NCBI GenBank assembly: GCA_021613535.1
Contig: CP075495.1
Coordinates: 12,772,001-12,836,000, forward strand
Reading direction: 5' to 3'
Source of the DNA: Adineta vaga
Taxonomy: Eukaryota; Animalia; Rotifera
DNA length: 64,000 nt
Positions 41,539 through 54,398 of the stretch are shown here, in pieces. The translations under genes were made by a program, and so were the position numbers. Every line of letters starts with the position of its first letter. Positions within the stretch are counted from its first letter, which is position 1. The notes under the pieces are model-generated. The model was given only the letters and a program-made list of their open reading frames with translations. It made no database searches and had not been told where the DNA came from.

Positions 41539-44500
41539 ATGGCATTAAATCTTCTTGTTATTGTTGAATTTGGTGCTCAAAAACAACGCATTTCTCTTAA
41601 TCCAAATAATTCATATAAAGATATATGTGATCAAATTTATTCACTTTTCAAAGTTAAATCCAGTCAATCGAAGTATATTCTTCAACGTCAAGATTCTCTT
41701 AGATCCGGATTATTTGTGAATATTGATGAACAAGCATTTCTAAACGATTTAAAATATGAAGCAATGAATAATAACACAAATTCAGTGATGCGACTACGTT
41801 TAGTACCTGTAAGTTCAATAAATTCGGAATTTTTTTATCTTTAAAATTTGTTTTCTTCTCGAACGAAAATTTCAGGTAAAACCGACAAATGGAGTTGGGA
41901 ATGGAGAAAAAACATGGTCAACATCATCACAATATCAACATGATGAAAGTGATCGAGGAAGTACAACATCAGCAACAACAATTGACATTAAACAATTGAT
42001 TAAAAAATGTTTAGCAAATCTTAAAGGTAACGTCCCATAATAGAAAAATAGAGCATACGGTTTTGTTCAAATAAAAAAAAGAGCAAAGGAGAATGATAGA
42101 AGAAAATTATTTTTACTGAAGAAAGATTTTTAGTAAAATTCCAAATTCTGATATTTTAGAAACTACTGATAATATTCAATTGCTCGATCGTTATCTTCAT
42201 CCAGTAAGATTCATTCTATTAGTTTCACTAGGTGATTCTTATTTGTTTTTTTTTCTACAGGAAGATTATATTGATGATGAATATCAATCAACAAAAAAGT
42301 CTTCAGTTAATATTCAACAACCGATATTACCACCAATTAACACTCTCAATGGTCAGATTTTGCAAGCATCAGTAATGTCCAATTCTCGTCTGCCTTCGTC
42401 AGATATCATCGATGAACTTGTTCCAGCTCTTAATCATCTAATGAATAATCAACCATCTTTATCAGCATTGTCTTCATCAACAACATTCCTTTCGAAAGAT
42501 AAACCTATCGAAACATCGCCTGCAGTTCTTCCATCTGTAGTCAACAAACAAATACAACCAGTTATACCTACAACAAATGTACCATCACGAACTACAACAA
42601 AATCATTTAGCAATCGACTTGGTATGATGAGTACACCAAATCATATACAAACATCAGTTGTTCAAGAAGTTAAACCAATTCCTATAGTTCAAAAATCGAA
42701 ATCACCTGTACTTTATAAACCATCAACAAATTCATTTTCAAATAAAAATTCAATTGAATCCCATATAAATGAAGTTTCTACAACATCCGTACCGAAATGT
42801 AAGTTTGATTCTGATTTTTCTTTATATTTATTTTAATATAAACGTTTTTTTAATAAGGTACTATTGAATTGAAACAATTTGAAAAAGATATTACCATTGA
42901 AGGTATCGTTTCGGTTGCATCAAATGCATCCTATTTCTTTCTACAACTTATTGATCAACGAAAAGATGATTTTGATCGTTTATCAAAAACTCTACAGTAT
43001 GTTTCGTCTTAATTTTACTTCTTCTTTGTTACTTCTATTTATTTTTAGTGAATATTATTCTAATCTTGATAAAAATATTCAATATCATCCATTACCTGGT
43101 GATTATTGTGTAGCTATGTATACAGAAGATGCTCGATGGTATCGTGCGCGAATTATTCGATATCTTTCAGGTTTGTTTCTCGTCATTTATTCGTTTGTCT
43201 CTACGATTTCCTTCATGAATAATATAGATCAAACATGTGAAGTATTTTATATTGATTATGGTAATATGGAAGAATTATCAACTGAATTAGTACATGAAAT
43301 TCTACCAGATTTTACTCGAATACCTGCTCGTGCTATTGCATGTACCATTGCTGAAGTAAATACTTATAGATTTTACATTATTTGAAAAATGAAACTTTCT
43401 TCTAATAGATTCTACCACCCATCGGACAAGAAGGTTGGACAAAACGAGCTACATTTGCATTTGCTTCACGTTGTAGTAATGAACGTGTTCAAGCAACAAT
43501 CATGGAATCAATTAATATTAAATGGCCGATGCATGTTGTTGAACTTCGTGTATTAAAAACACAAGAGGTATATATATATACATAGAGAGAGAGAGAGAAG
43601 TCGAAAAGAATCTTATTGATTAAATAATGATCTTTTTCTTTCTTATAGGATATTGGAGCATCACTTGAAAATTGTAAAGTTGCTCGGCATGTCTCGAATC
43701 ATGAAATCTATGAATTTTGGTCAAATAAAATTCGTTTGGAACAATATATCTTATACAATTTACAAGAACCGACACCTTCACGATTTCCATCTAATGAACA
43801 AGGTACATCTTCTTATTTCCACTATATGACTACTAATGCAGTTAATTTTTTACCATCAACTATGATCAATATTTACGATGACAAATTTCATAGTATTATT
43901 GATAAAGTTAGCAAAGATTTGGCATTTGTACATCGATATTAGTTTTTATACAGATACACATATACTTGTACTTTCATTTTCTTTTTTCATACCATATCCT
44001 TTTGAGTCATTTGACGTCTCCTTTCCTTTTCTTTCTCTACAAAGTATGTTACTGAATGATATATACATATGCATATACATATGTATAAACATGCATGAAA
44101 ATACATATTTTTTTGTCTCACTCTTTTTACATATCAGTAAACCATATGAAGGTTATTGTTACTGTTAGTTTTTGTTTGTTTGTTTGTTCTCATATATTGT
44201 GTCTATTGGAGATATAGTCTATTGAATAGATAAAACAAAGACAGATGAAGAAAAATAAATTAGATTTAAAGAAATTTGTTTTAATTCTTGATCAGAATAT
44301 TCTAAAACAGAAAAAAGAAACTAAGATTCAGTAGATTCATTCTAAGTTCTCTACTCATCTATTTATGCAATTGAATGAATTATTTTTTAATTTCTCTTCT
44401 AGTACCAAGAAAAGTTGAACAAGAAGAATGTACGGATACATTTCTTTCATTCTCTTTGGAACAATCATCGTCAACAATTAACGAATCAATACGAGATAAA

Positions 44501-45780
44501 ACACCGGTATTAGAAGAAAATATTGATCAAACAAAATCAAGTACTATTGACAATGGAGAACAACATGAACCTGAACAGAATCAACAAGTGATATATGATA
44601 TTGTCATTGAAGAGAAACTAACAGAATCAAAAGTTAATACACCGATTACCCCGTCATCTACTTTGAATCCTGAAGCGACACCCTTTGGTCTGTTACTAAC
44701 AAATGAAATTGTAAAAACTGAATCATTATCTACAGGAGATGAAAGTGATGATGAAAAAGATTCCATTAAAACACCAATTACTTCTGGTAAGAAGTTTTAT
44801 TCTTAGTCTCAGAATTATAGTTTAATATGATTTTATTTCAAAGATTCATCTGAACGTCCTCGAATGCCTATCAAAGAAGATGTAATTGTCGATACTAATT
44901 TAATGCCATCAATACCTTTAATTAAATCTTGGTTACCAGTAGAAATTACACATATTGAAACACCAACTCGTTTCTATATTCATTATGTCTACGGTCCTAG
45001 TTGGAATCTTGGCAATGGTTCAACACGTAATTGAATCTTCATCCGAATTTATTGCTCTATTCAAATCATTGTCTTTTATAGCTGAATTGATTGATAGGAA
45101 GGAAATACTAGAGAAAAATATTGTTCTAAAAGAATTAACTCAAGAAATGACGTAAGATGTTTATTGTATCTGAATAATATCATTTATTAATTTATTTAGT
45201 GAATGTTATAATAAACATAAACGAATTTGTCCAGGTGATAGTTATGATGAAGGTGAATTAGTTGCTGTAAAATCACGTTTACGATGGCATCGTGGTCGAT
45301 TCATACAATACAAACCAAATATTGATTTTGCACATGTAAATCTATAATTTATTAGTTCTAATTTGATATATTTCTATTTTCCTAGATATTCTTTGTTGAT
45401 TATGGTTATACACGCTCATTACCTATTCAAATGATTCGACCTATTAATAATCGTTTCGTAGTATGATAGAATTGATTTTATTTGTTAGTCAAATAGGATA
45501 TACTAATCTTTGTTTTTAGTTACATGCAGAACAAGCTCATCTAGTTCATTTACATCAACCAGGTCAACGTCGTGGTCGAATAGAATGGAATACAAATACG
45601 ATTGATGAATTTCGACAATTGACTAAAGAGGGTACACATTTATATGCAAGAATTGTTAAAGAACCAAATACAATTGATCTTATGTCATTTGATCCATTGA
45701 CGAAAAGATGGTTTTCATTTTATGAACATTTCGTTAAACATTTAAATGATAATGATAAAATAGAAGCAACAACTGAATAG
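41539..45780 (+). CDS. Tudor-domain protein with two extended Tudor domains and a PB1/ubiquitin-like N-terminus
   Basis: PGDYCVAMYTEDARWYRARI..VFYIDYGNMEE..FTRIPARAIACTIA, and EITHIETPTRFYI..GELVAVKSRLRWHRGRF..IFFVDYGYT. About 14 exons. Confidence 0.85.
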
Positions 45781-46244
45781 ATATTCATTGTTCTTTCCTA
45801 CATTTTTTCTTGTCTTTTGTGTAATAAAAATATTTCGGAGAGTCTTTTTCTCAGTTTTCTGTATTGATCGTTATTTCTCAGAAAAAGTTTTATATCAAAA
45901 TCGTTAATGAATATCGAAAAATTCAGAAAGCAAATAATTCTTTTCAGTCTCTGATCAATAGATTTCAAGTCGTATATTGATGAACAGTGAAAGTCATTCT
46001 ATAGACTGCAATACAATCGATATCGTTGACAATTTTCTTTTGCATATAAAATACTTACCATTGTGGTTGATGCACTACTATTCAAAGAAATATAAAAGGT
46101 AACTAAAAGAACGTCTCACTATCGAAAGTAATCAAAGTGACGCTTTTGTGAAATGACGCATCATCTGAAAAGGAAAATGATAAATAAAATACACAGACGA
46201 CTTTTCGTGTTTATTAACATTCGTAAGATTATTTTTATTTCGTT

Positions 46245-46862
46245 ATGGCCAATACAAATACTAGTAAGAAACTTCATCGACGAAAGATTGATATTGATGG
46301 GAATTATCTTCCTTATTCTGGCTATACTATTGTTGCTCATGCTATACATCCGTTACCGAAACCATTAGTTGAACTTGTTAATTATCTTTTTTCTAGTGAA
46401 ATTCGAAATTATTATTCATTTCTTCCATCTACAAGTTATCATGTTACTATCAATCCACTTGAAAATGTTTGTGATCAATATAAATCTCTTTTAGTAGCAG
46501 AACAACAGAAATTAAAAGCACAGAATACTTCGTTCATATGTACAGTAAAAAGATTAATTCGTTCACGAGTCATTTTGATTGAAGTAGACTTTCCTGATGA
46601 TGATAATCATACATTTGAAATGATTATAAAAAATGTTCGATCCAATGAATTACGTCAAGTTGATATTCTACATGAATATACACTTTCATGGCATTTAACA
46701 TTAGCTTATCAATATAAAGATATTGAAAATGATATGATGGAATCAAAACTAGATCAAATAATCAAAAACATTCCTCAATCAGCAGCAATGCGTTTTAAAA
46801 TTCCACTCGATCACATACGAATATGCCATTACAATGACATGACAAAATTTACACCGATTTGA
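46245..46862 (+). CDS. 2H phosphoesterase, DUF1868-like, intronless
   Basis: KIDIDGNYLPYSGYTIV, FLPSTSYHVT and WHLTLAY. Two HxT motifs about 80 aa apart, in DUF1868-like context. Confidence 0.8.
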   Translation: MANTNTSKKLHRRKIDIDGNYLPYSGYTIVAHAIHPLPKPLVELVNYLFSSEIRNYYSFLPSTSYHVTINPLENVCDQYKSLLVAEQQKLKAQNTSFICTVKRLIRSRVILIEVDFPDDDNHTFEMIIKNVRSNELRQVDILHEYTLSWHLTLAYQYKDIENDMMESKLDQIIKNIPQSAAMRFKIPLDHIRICHYNDMTKFTPI

Positions 46863-47053
46863 TTAAGAAAAGAAATTAATTAAACAGAACGAAAAAGCAA
46901 AGCGCGACTACCGATTTTTATTTTCACATGAGAGTTCTAAATAACAAATAAAAACGAATAGATTGATTGTTTTTGTTCTCAATGAGTAAAAATGTAATGT
47001 AAATCAAATGATGAGTAGATAGTAATAATCATAAAACTTGAGTATTTATTGGA

Positions 47054-48256
47054 TTAAAGTTCTTCTTTTTGATTTTCAAGATCAGCGCCAAAATCTGTTA
47101 TTTGTGAAACAGCAAATGAAGTATAAGCTTTAACAATTTCATCTGGTGTACAATAACCATTTTGATCAGCATCGCATTCTTTCATTAAATGATCGGTTTC
47201 TTCTTCAACTGTTGATGATAATGTTGGTAAATAATAACGAGCAAATTCTTCATAATCACCAAAACCATCTTTATTTGTATCAAGTTCTTCACCTAAGGAT
47301 TCAGCTGTACCACTTTCAGCTTCTATAGAAACATAATTTAGAAATTCAATATCAATTTTTATTCATAGCAAACAAAACATACCTGTCATTTTTAAGTATT
47401 CATCATTCGAAATCTTTCCATCGTTATCATCATCGTATTCTTTAATGATACTATTAATTTCAAGTTTTCGTAAATCTTCATAATTTTCTGGTCGAAGAAA
47501 TTTTTGAAACTGTTCATATGTTAAATATTGATCACCATCTTCATCAAGATGTGTCCATTTGGCTTTATCCGATAAATAATTCTAAACAAGAGAAAATGAA
47601 ATCTTCAAAATAATATTAATTCAAATCTTACTCGTCGTGTTTCACGTGCACGTAAATCTGATTTGTCCATTGTTTCTAATTCATCAACATTTAAATCACC
47701 ATAATTATCTCGAATATATGATTGAAATGCGACTTTTTCAGTCTTATTTGGATCAAGTGTCGAAATGAAATCATTGGCTTCATTTAAATGTTGACCTCTA
47801 CAATATAGGTTTTTAGTTTTATAGAATATATTCAATATAAGACAAAATCTACTTGACTCGTTCTTCAATATAATTACGCATTTCTTCACGAGAAATTTTG
47901 CCATTTTGATCGGTATCAATGTTCATTGCGATTATACGAAGTTTTTCTTCTTGATCTTCTACACTTCCAATTTTCATTCCGCCTAAAATTTTATTAAATA
48001 TTTCACTTATAAAGATTTCATGCAAACTTTATAAATACCAGTTAATAAATCTTTGTGTGCTTCATGATCATGATGATCATCTGAAATAATATGTTTAGAT
48101 GATAGAAATAGGTTATCATATTATGTAGAAAATAAACTTACGTCCATCATGATCATGATGGTGATGTCCGTGACCATGTTCTTCGTGTTCTACATCGGCG
48201 AAAGCAGCCAGAATCAATAAAGAAATACACGCAGTAGCTATGAATAAGCGAACCAT
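47054..48256 (-). CDS. CREC-family (reticulocalbin/calumenin) EF-hand ER protein
   Basis: Signal peptide, His-rich segment, EF hands DTDQNGKISREE, DEDGDQYLTYEQ, DDDNDGKISNDE, DTNKDGFGDYEE and DADQNGYCTPDE. Ends SQITDFGADLENQKEEL*. Confidence 0.9.
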
Positions 48257-48776
48257 TATGTTAAAACTTGAAAAGATAGAAATACGTTCCTCTAAAAAAA
48301 AGATAAATAGTTGACAAAATATCGCGAAACTTTTTAATAGAAAGAAATATATCGAATGCGATAGTCTTCGAAGAAAAGAAGTTATAAAGCAAAACATTTT
48401 TTGTCAGACTATTGATAAAAGCTGTGTTCTGATTCTAAGAAACTTTCATTAATAGAGCGAAAAAAGTGTGATTGATGCATCTGTTGCCATTCTGGATTCA
48501 AAATATTTTAGATTCAACTCTCTTCTATCGCTGCTTATAAATATATGGCATGTACATTGGTATTCCGATAAGACTAGTTCGTAAAATGTGGAGAATGAGC
48601 CGTAACGCTTACGTTTTCAGTCGATGTGTCTAATGTCTATCTATCTATCTAGATTTGTCCTTTACGCATTGGTTGTGACGTTACAACTAATAGTATATCC
48701 ATACTATAGAGTTCGTTATAAACGTTGTCATTCGCTAACAAGATAAAGTTAAAAATTAAGTATGTTAGATTAACAC

Positions 48777-48822
48777 AAAGAAATAGTAAAGATTATTTAT
48801 TCAAAAATAAATCATTTGCAAA
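48777..48822 (+). repeat. About 46-bp direct repeat, copy 1 (copy 2 at 50179-50226)
   Basis: aaagaaatagtaaagattatttattcaaaaataaatcatttgcaaa vs aaagaaataataaagattatttattcatcaataaatcatctttgcaaa. Confidence 0.75.
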
Positions 48823-49463
48823 CAGAGATGGACAAGTCAAGTCGAAAAATGGATTTGCGTTCAGGTGTTTTATTCACTTCAGTTTTCGTGTCCAGACTGA
48901 AATGTATCGAAAAGTTTAATAAATTATAAACAGAATATTCTTAGAATGAATTGGTGTCGAAATCAAATGTGAATTTGTGAGTATGATCAAGGGCTTTCTC
49001 AGTTTTTATTGAGCATATCATTTCCCAATAGACTGACTAGCAAAAATACATTTATATGTTTGTATTAAAATGGTCAAATTAGTAAAACTTTTACATGAAT
49101 CAAGAAAACATTTCTTTTGATAATTTGCATTCATGTCAAGGTGATATCCAAATAGAAACAGAAAGCTCAATTTAGTGCGAGATTATGTACTTCAACACCT
49201 TCATCAAATCTGACAATATCTAAAAGTGCTCGTGACAAATTCTTCCATGACTTCTAATATGATACAGAAAAAAACGATGGTCAGTTGAATGTTTGCTATG
49301 CCAACAATCGAAAAGAGTTTTTCACAAGTTAGATTTTACTTCAAATTTTACTCGACACGCACAAGAAGGCCATAAACAAGCTTTTGATACACGGCAGAGA
49401 TTGGTAAGTTAAGTCCCGTCCGAATCACTTGACTTGAGTTTTCAGTTGACTTGTCCATTTTTG
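48823..49463 (+). mobile_element. Decayed hAT-like DNA transposon relic with BED-finger remnant
   Basis: Imperfect TIRs cagagatggacaagtcaa (48823-48840) and ttgacttgtccatttttg (49446-49463), 16/18 match. Internal DKFFHDF*YDTE/RWSVECLLCQQSKRVFHKLDFTSNFTRHAQEGH resembles a BED zinc finger with a stop and a frameshift. No clear 8-bp TSD. Confidence 0.65.
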
Positions 49464-50522
49464 TATACGTATATTAAGTTAAAACAAAGAACTATGAATA
49501 TAGAATCTATAACAATTCATACGGTCTTTAATTGCATATATGCGAGCCCCAGCATCAACGGATTAACACAGTTCAAATAGTTTGTTATTTGTTCAATTTT
49601 CAAGTGTACATAAAACGCCTTGCAAAAATATCAGTGCTCAATGGCAACTTCATTTTTTGTTATAAATAATGATTCAAACATATGATATCTGTTGGAGATG
49701 CCTAAATCAATACAAAAAATGCATTTTACAAAGCAAAGTAAGACATAGAACGTAAAATAGTACAGAGAAAATGAACAAATTAAATAAACATAAGCGATAT
49801 GGTGTTGATGATGAAGTAATTAGTTAATGAAACAATAACTTGATCTAACCAGGATCGAGCAATTTAACATGTAAATTCATAAGTTTTCCAAAGTCATTTT
49901 TTACAAGAGAAACAGGATAAATTATAGTTCAAGAAAATAACGAAAAATGCTCAAAAACTCACTCATGAATAAAGCTCCCGTTTGAGATCAATCACTAACT
50001 ACTATCTATAAATTTGTTTTTTACACATTGATTGTGATGTTCCAACCAGTAGTACTTTGGGCGAAACGGTCCATTTACCGCCGTAAAGATACCGTTTTGT
50101 CACGATTTACATTGTGAAAGCGCATTCTAAACATTATTGTTCATTAACGAGGTACTAATTGATTAGACTCAATTATATAAAGAAATAATAAAGATTATTT
50201 ATTCATCAATAAATCATCTTTGCAAATTATAGTTCAAATAAAATACTATTTCCGCATATTGAATTGAAGTCTATGCTTTTGTTGTGTGTGACTGTAAAGA
50301 AAACCTGATCGGATCATCGGATCATGGAAAGGAAAATGAAGGAGAAGGACGCGCCACAGTAGTAGAGTTATAGACAGGATTGGTTAATTGATTCCTCCAA
50401 TGTGCCCTATTTTTGTTTTTTTCTTTCCTATTCCTTCCTTCTCCTTCATCCATTATCATCACTACTCACTAGGATCATAGTTCATTTTTCCCGTAGCATC
50501 TTTTCTCTAAAGGTCTGTCAAA

Positions 50523-51169
50523 ATGGCAGCACAAGTTCAAAAGCATATTCGTAATATTGAAGAAACACTGAAAGGATATTTGTATGAAGGTCCTCTCACT
50601 CCCTATTGGGGTTTAATTGAACAGAAAACCAAGGTCAAACGTGAACGTGTCGCGCTAGGTATACTTGGTTTCATTGCCATTTACTTGGTTCTTGGATGGG
50701 CAAAAGATTTTGTCTGTAATTTTATTGGTTTTATTTATCCGGCTTATGCCTCGTACGTAAAAAAACTGATATTGAATATAAAATAAAATAAAATTTGATC
50801 GTACATAGAGTTTTGGCTGTTGAATCATCAGTAACACATGATGATACTGAATGGCTAATCTATTGGATTGTTTATGCATCATTTGGCATTGTAGAATATG
50901 TTGGTTATACTTTTTTTCATTCGTTACCATTTTATTGGCTTGGTAAATGTCTATTTCTCATTTGGTTAATGGCTCCAGGAGAAAAAGGTGGTTCTCATTT
51001 TCTATATCATCGTTTCATACGTCCATTTGTATTAAAACATCATCCTGTCATTGACAAACATATACGAGATGGTATGATTAATACTATTTTACAAAAAAAA
51101 ATTACATAAATTCTTCTTCTTCTAGCTAAAGAACAAATCAATAAGTTTTCAAACAATGGTAATAAATAG
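50523..51169 (+). CDS. REEP5: REEP5/DP1/Yop1 ER-shaping protein
   Basis: IEQKTKVKRE, CNFIGFIYPAYAS, DDTEWLIYWIVY, LPFYWLGKCLFLIWLMAP and LYHRFIRPF. Three exons. Confidence 0.92.
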
Positions 51170-52176
51170 AGCGATTGTTAAGAATTTTATTTACTCATGG
51201 TATATGGTAATGATGGTGATGGATAATCGACATACTTATTTTACATTTGCTTTTGTTCCTTATTTATAAACAAAAGTCTGTTTAAGTAGTATACATAAAA
51301 ATAGAAAAAAAATGATTGTTGTGTCTTTTTCTGATTTGGTTTTGTTCTCATTTTATTTTATCTCATTTAATAACTTCAAAGTTTTGTTTTCAATTTGACA
51401 ATTATTATCAATTATTTGAAATTTGCTGTTGTTTTGTAGACGAATTCATCAATGATTTTTGTATGTTTCAATAAAATTCATCTTACTGCAGTCATGTATA
51501 TAACATTCAGCTTTTAGTCATTAGTGACGTAGAAAAAAATTATATTTTATTGTTCTTTTGTGAAAGTGAAAGAATAAATGATTTTAGAATTATAGAAATA
51601 TCATTAAAGAAGAGTATATTTCAATATCCATTGACCAATGCGTATATCATTTCTGTTGTATTACTATTTCTATGAATAATATTCTCATGAAAACTATGAC
51701 ATGGAAGAAAAGTTACGTAGGATCTTTTTGCCTTCTATCAAACAATTTTATTATCTAAAAAAATATCACTTTAGAATTAATAACTCGCATTTGATCGATT
51801 CAATCAATAGGCACTTATTTTATGTAAACTAGTACCATCTATCGTAATATATTTGTTAATGAAATTTAAATGAAATAAATTGGGAATTTTTAGAAAATAT
51901 TTCATTTATTTTTATTAAAAAATATTTCTGAATGAAACTTTTTCTTTCGCTTGTCAAACCTCCACCATATGTTTCGATAAAGTAATATAGCGATGGTGTT
52001 TTGAAACAATAAAATTGATCATATCTCAGGCGCGGAAAAAAAAGGATATAGACATTGTATCTCAATCGATAAAGCGCCACCTGCTACATAAATGTAATTG
52101 TCATCATTGCTAATATTTGATTTTCAATATATTCCTTTAGATTATCCTAATTTCTGATAAGCAATCATCGAAAACA

Positions 52177-54398
52177 ATGACTGCTCGCGATCAAATTCGT
52201 GCTATGTTGGATCAATTGATGGGAACAGATAATGGTATGTTTGAACAAACTCAGCGAACAATAATAGATTTATATGGAAAATAATATTCTGAGAATTGCT
52301 TTTCTATTAATATTATCATTGTCAGTATATGACGAGAAATCAAAGAATGTGTATTTTATTTAATCTGATTTTTAATCCGTTACATAAACTGTCTTTGAAC
52401 GGTATGTTTTTAGTTAATGTCATGATGGGTTTGATAAGCTGTGCGAGCAGCAGCAGCATCAGCACTTCGAAGTTAATTCTTGTGAGTATACGGATGATAA
52501 AATCGAGAAGTGGCTCCTCTGTGTGAGTAGAATATATTATCTATAACATTGAATTGATATCATCATTAACGATATCTTCATATTTATTGATTTAATATAT
52601 TTATTATGTTCATATTTTTTTGAGTTCGATAAAATTTTCTTCGTAGCAGAGAGGGTACGTATTCGAGGAGATCAAGTAAGTAAACAAACCAGTGGTTTTC
52701 TTTTAATCCGATCTCTAGATAATGAACAAATGTTAAGTTTTTTCGTTATTATTTTTATTTTCAATAACCTATTACAGGTACAGCAAAATCAACCATGTCG
52801 TTTGAAGATCGTCGAGTATGTCGACCATTTTTATTGAGTTGTTGTCCTCATGAAATTCTTTCTGGAACGGTATGAAATATTACTTTATATTTATATTCAC
52901 ATTCAAAGTGTTTTTTTTCTAGCGTGTGGATATGGGAGAATGTAACAAAATACATGAATATGCCTTACGTGCTGATTATGAACGTGCTGCAGCGAGTCGT
53001 AATTTATATTATGAAATGGATGTAAGCTTATTGATTGGAGAAAAAAAATCGTTTCTATAAATTTAGTTTTGTAGGCATTAGATGTTTTGAATAAATTCGT
53101 TGCTGAATGTGATCGTAAGACTGAACATGCAAAACGAAAACTTCAAGATACACAAGAAGAATTAGGCGAAGAAGCAGCGAGAAAAGTATAACTTCCTTTT
53201 TTGAATGATATGTATTTTAGAATTAAAAGCGACATATATATATATATATATTTAGATGAATTTAATACATGAACTTGGTGAACAAATTGGTACAAAATTA
53301 GCTAAAGCAGAAGAATTAGGTGCACAGGGCATGGTAGATGAATCGATGAAACTATTAGAAGAAGTTGAAGAATTACGAAAATTAAAAACAGATTCAGAAC
53401 AAGATTTTCGTTCAACAATGCCAGCATCAACTTATCAACAACAAAAATTACGTGTTTGTGAAGTATGTTCAGCTTATTTGGGTATACATGATAATGATCG
53501 TCGATTAGCGGATCATTTTGGTGGAAAATTACATTTGGGCTTTATACAAATACGTGAAAAACTTGATGATTTAAAAAAACGTGTCGGTGAATTGAATGAA
53601 AAACGTGACCTTGATAGAAAAAATCGTCAAAAGTAAATCTAAACGAAAAGAAATTTATGAATATATATATATATATATCAATATTAATCATTTAGTTCAC
53701 CTATACCATCATCGTCATCGTCGTCGAGACATGATCGTCGCAGCGGTTATCGTCCATCACCGAGAAGTCGAAGTCGTAGTCCATCGAAAAAAGTGTCTAC
53801 TAGAGATAAAGATAGACGACGATCACCTTCAAGGTAAAATAGATCTTTACAACATCATATTTACTTTATTTTTTGTTTTCAATATATTCTAGATCAGATC
53901 GTCGTTCATCTAAACATTCACGTAGCCATCGTTCTTCACGCTCACGTTCACGTTCACAAAGTCGACGACATAGTAAACGTTCACGTTCACGGTACGTATC
54001 AGTGTTACTTTCCAGTCAAAATCGAACGTAGCAGAAATGATCAAACTAAAGTCGAATTTTGAATAACTTTTGCTGAATATAAAATGTTATTTTTATTTAG
54101 TTCTGGTTCATCTCGTCGTCATCGTCGTTCACGTTCACGTACATCAGCATCTCGACATCATTATCGTCATCATCGGCGTGATTCTAAATCACCTGTACAT
54201 TCATCAACAAATTCTAAACCAAATGGTAGTGACGATTCTCAACGTAAAGATAAATCTAATGATAAAATACCATCTAGTCATGTGCATAAAGATGATAATG
54301 ATGATGATGATGAAGAAACAACACGTATTCTAGAAAATATTCAACGAAGTATGGTAGAAGGTCATACGAAGGAGCAATCAAACATACCGATGGAATAA
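52177..54398 (+). CDS. LUC7L2: U1 snRNP-associated LUC7L/LUC7L2 protein
   Basis: MTARDQIRAMLDQLMG, VCRPFLLSCCPHEILSGTRVDMGEC, QQQKLRVCEVCSAYLGIHDNDRRLADHFGGKLHLGF, and an RS-rich tail. Confidence 0.95.

Noticed and set aside
52329-52526. 65-aa ORF or C/D snoRNA in LUC7 intron 1
   Set aside because: The boxes are degenerate and too close together. Unproductive exons explain the region better.
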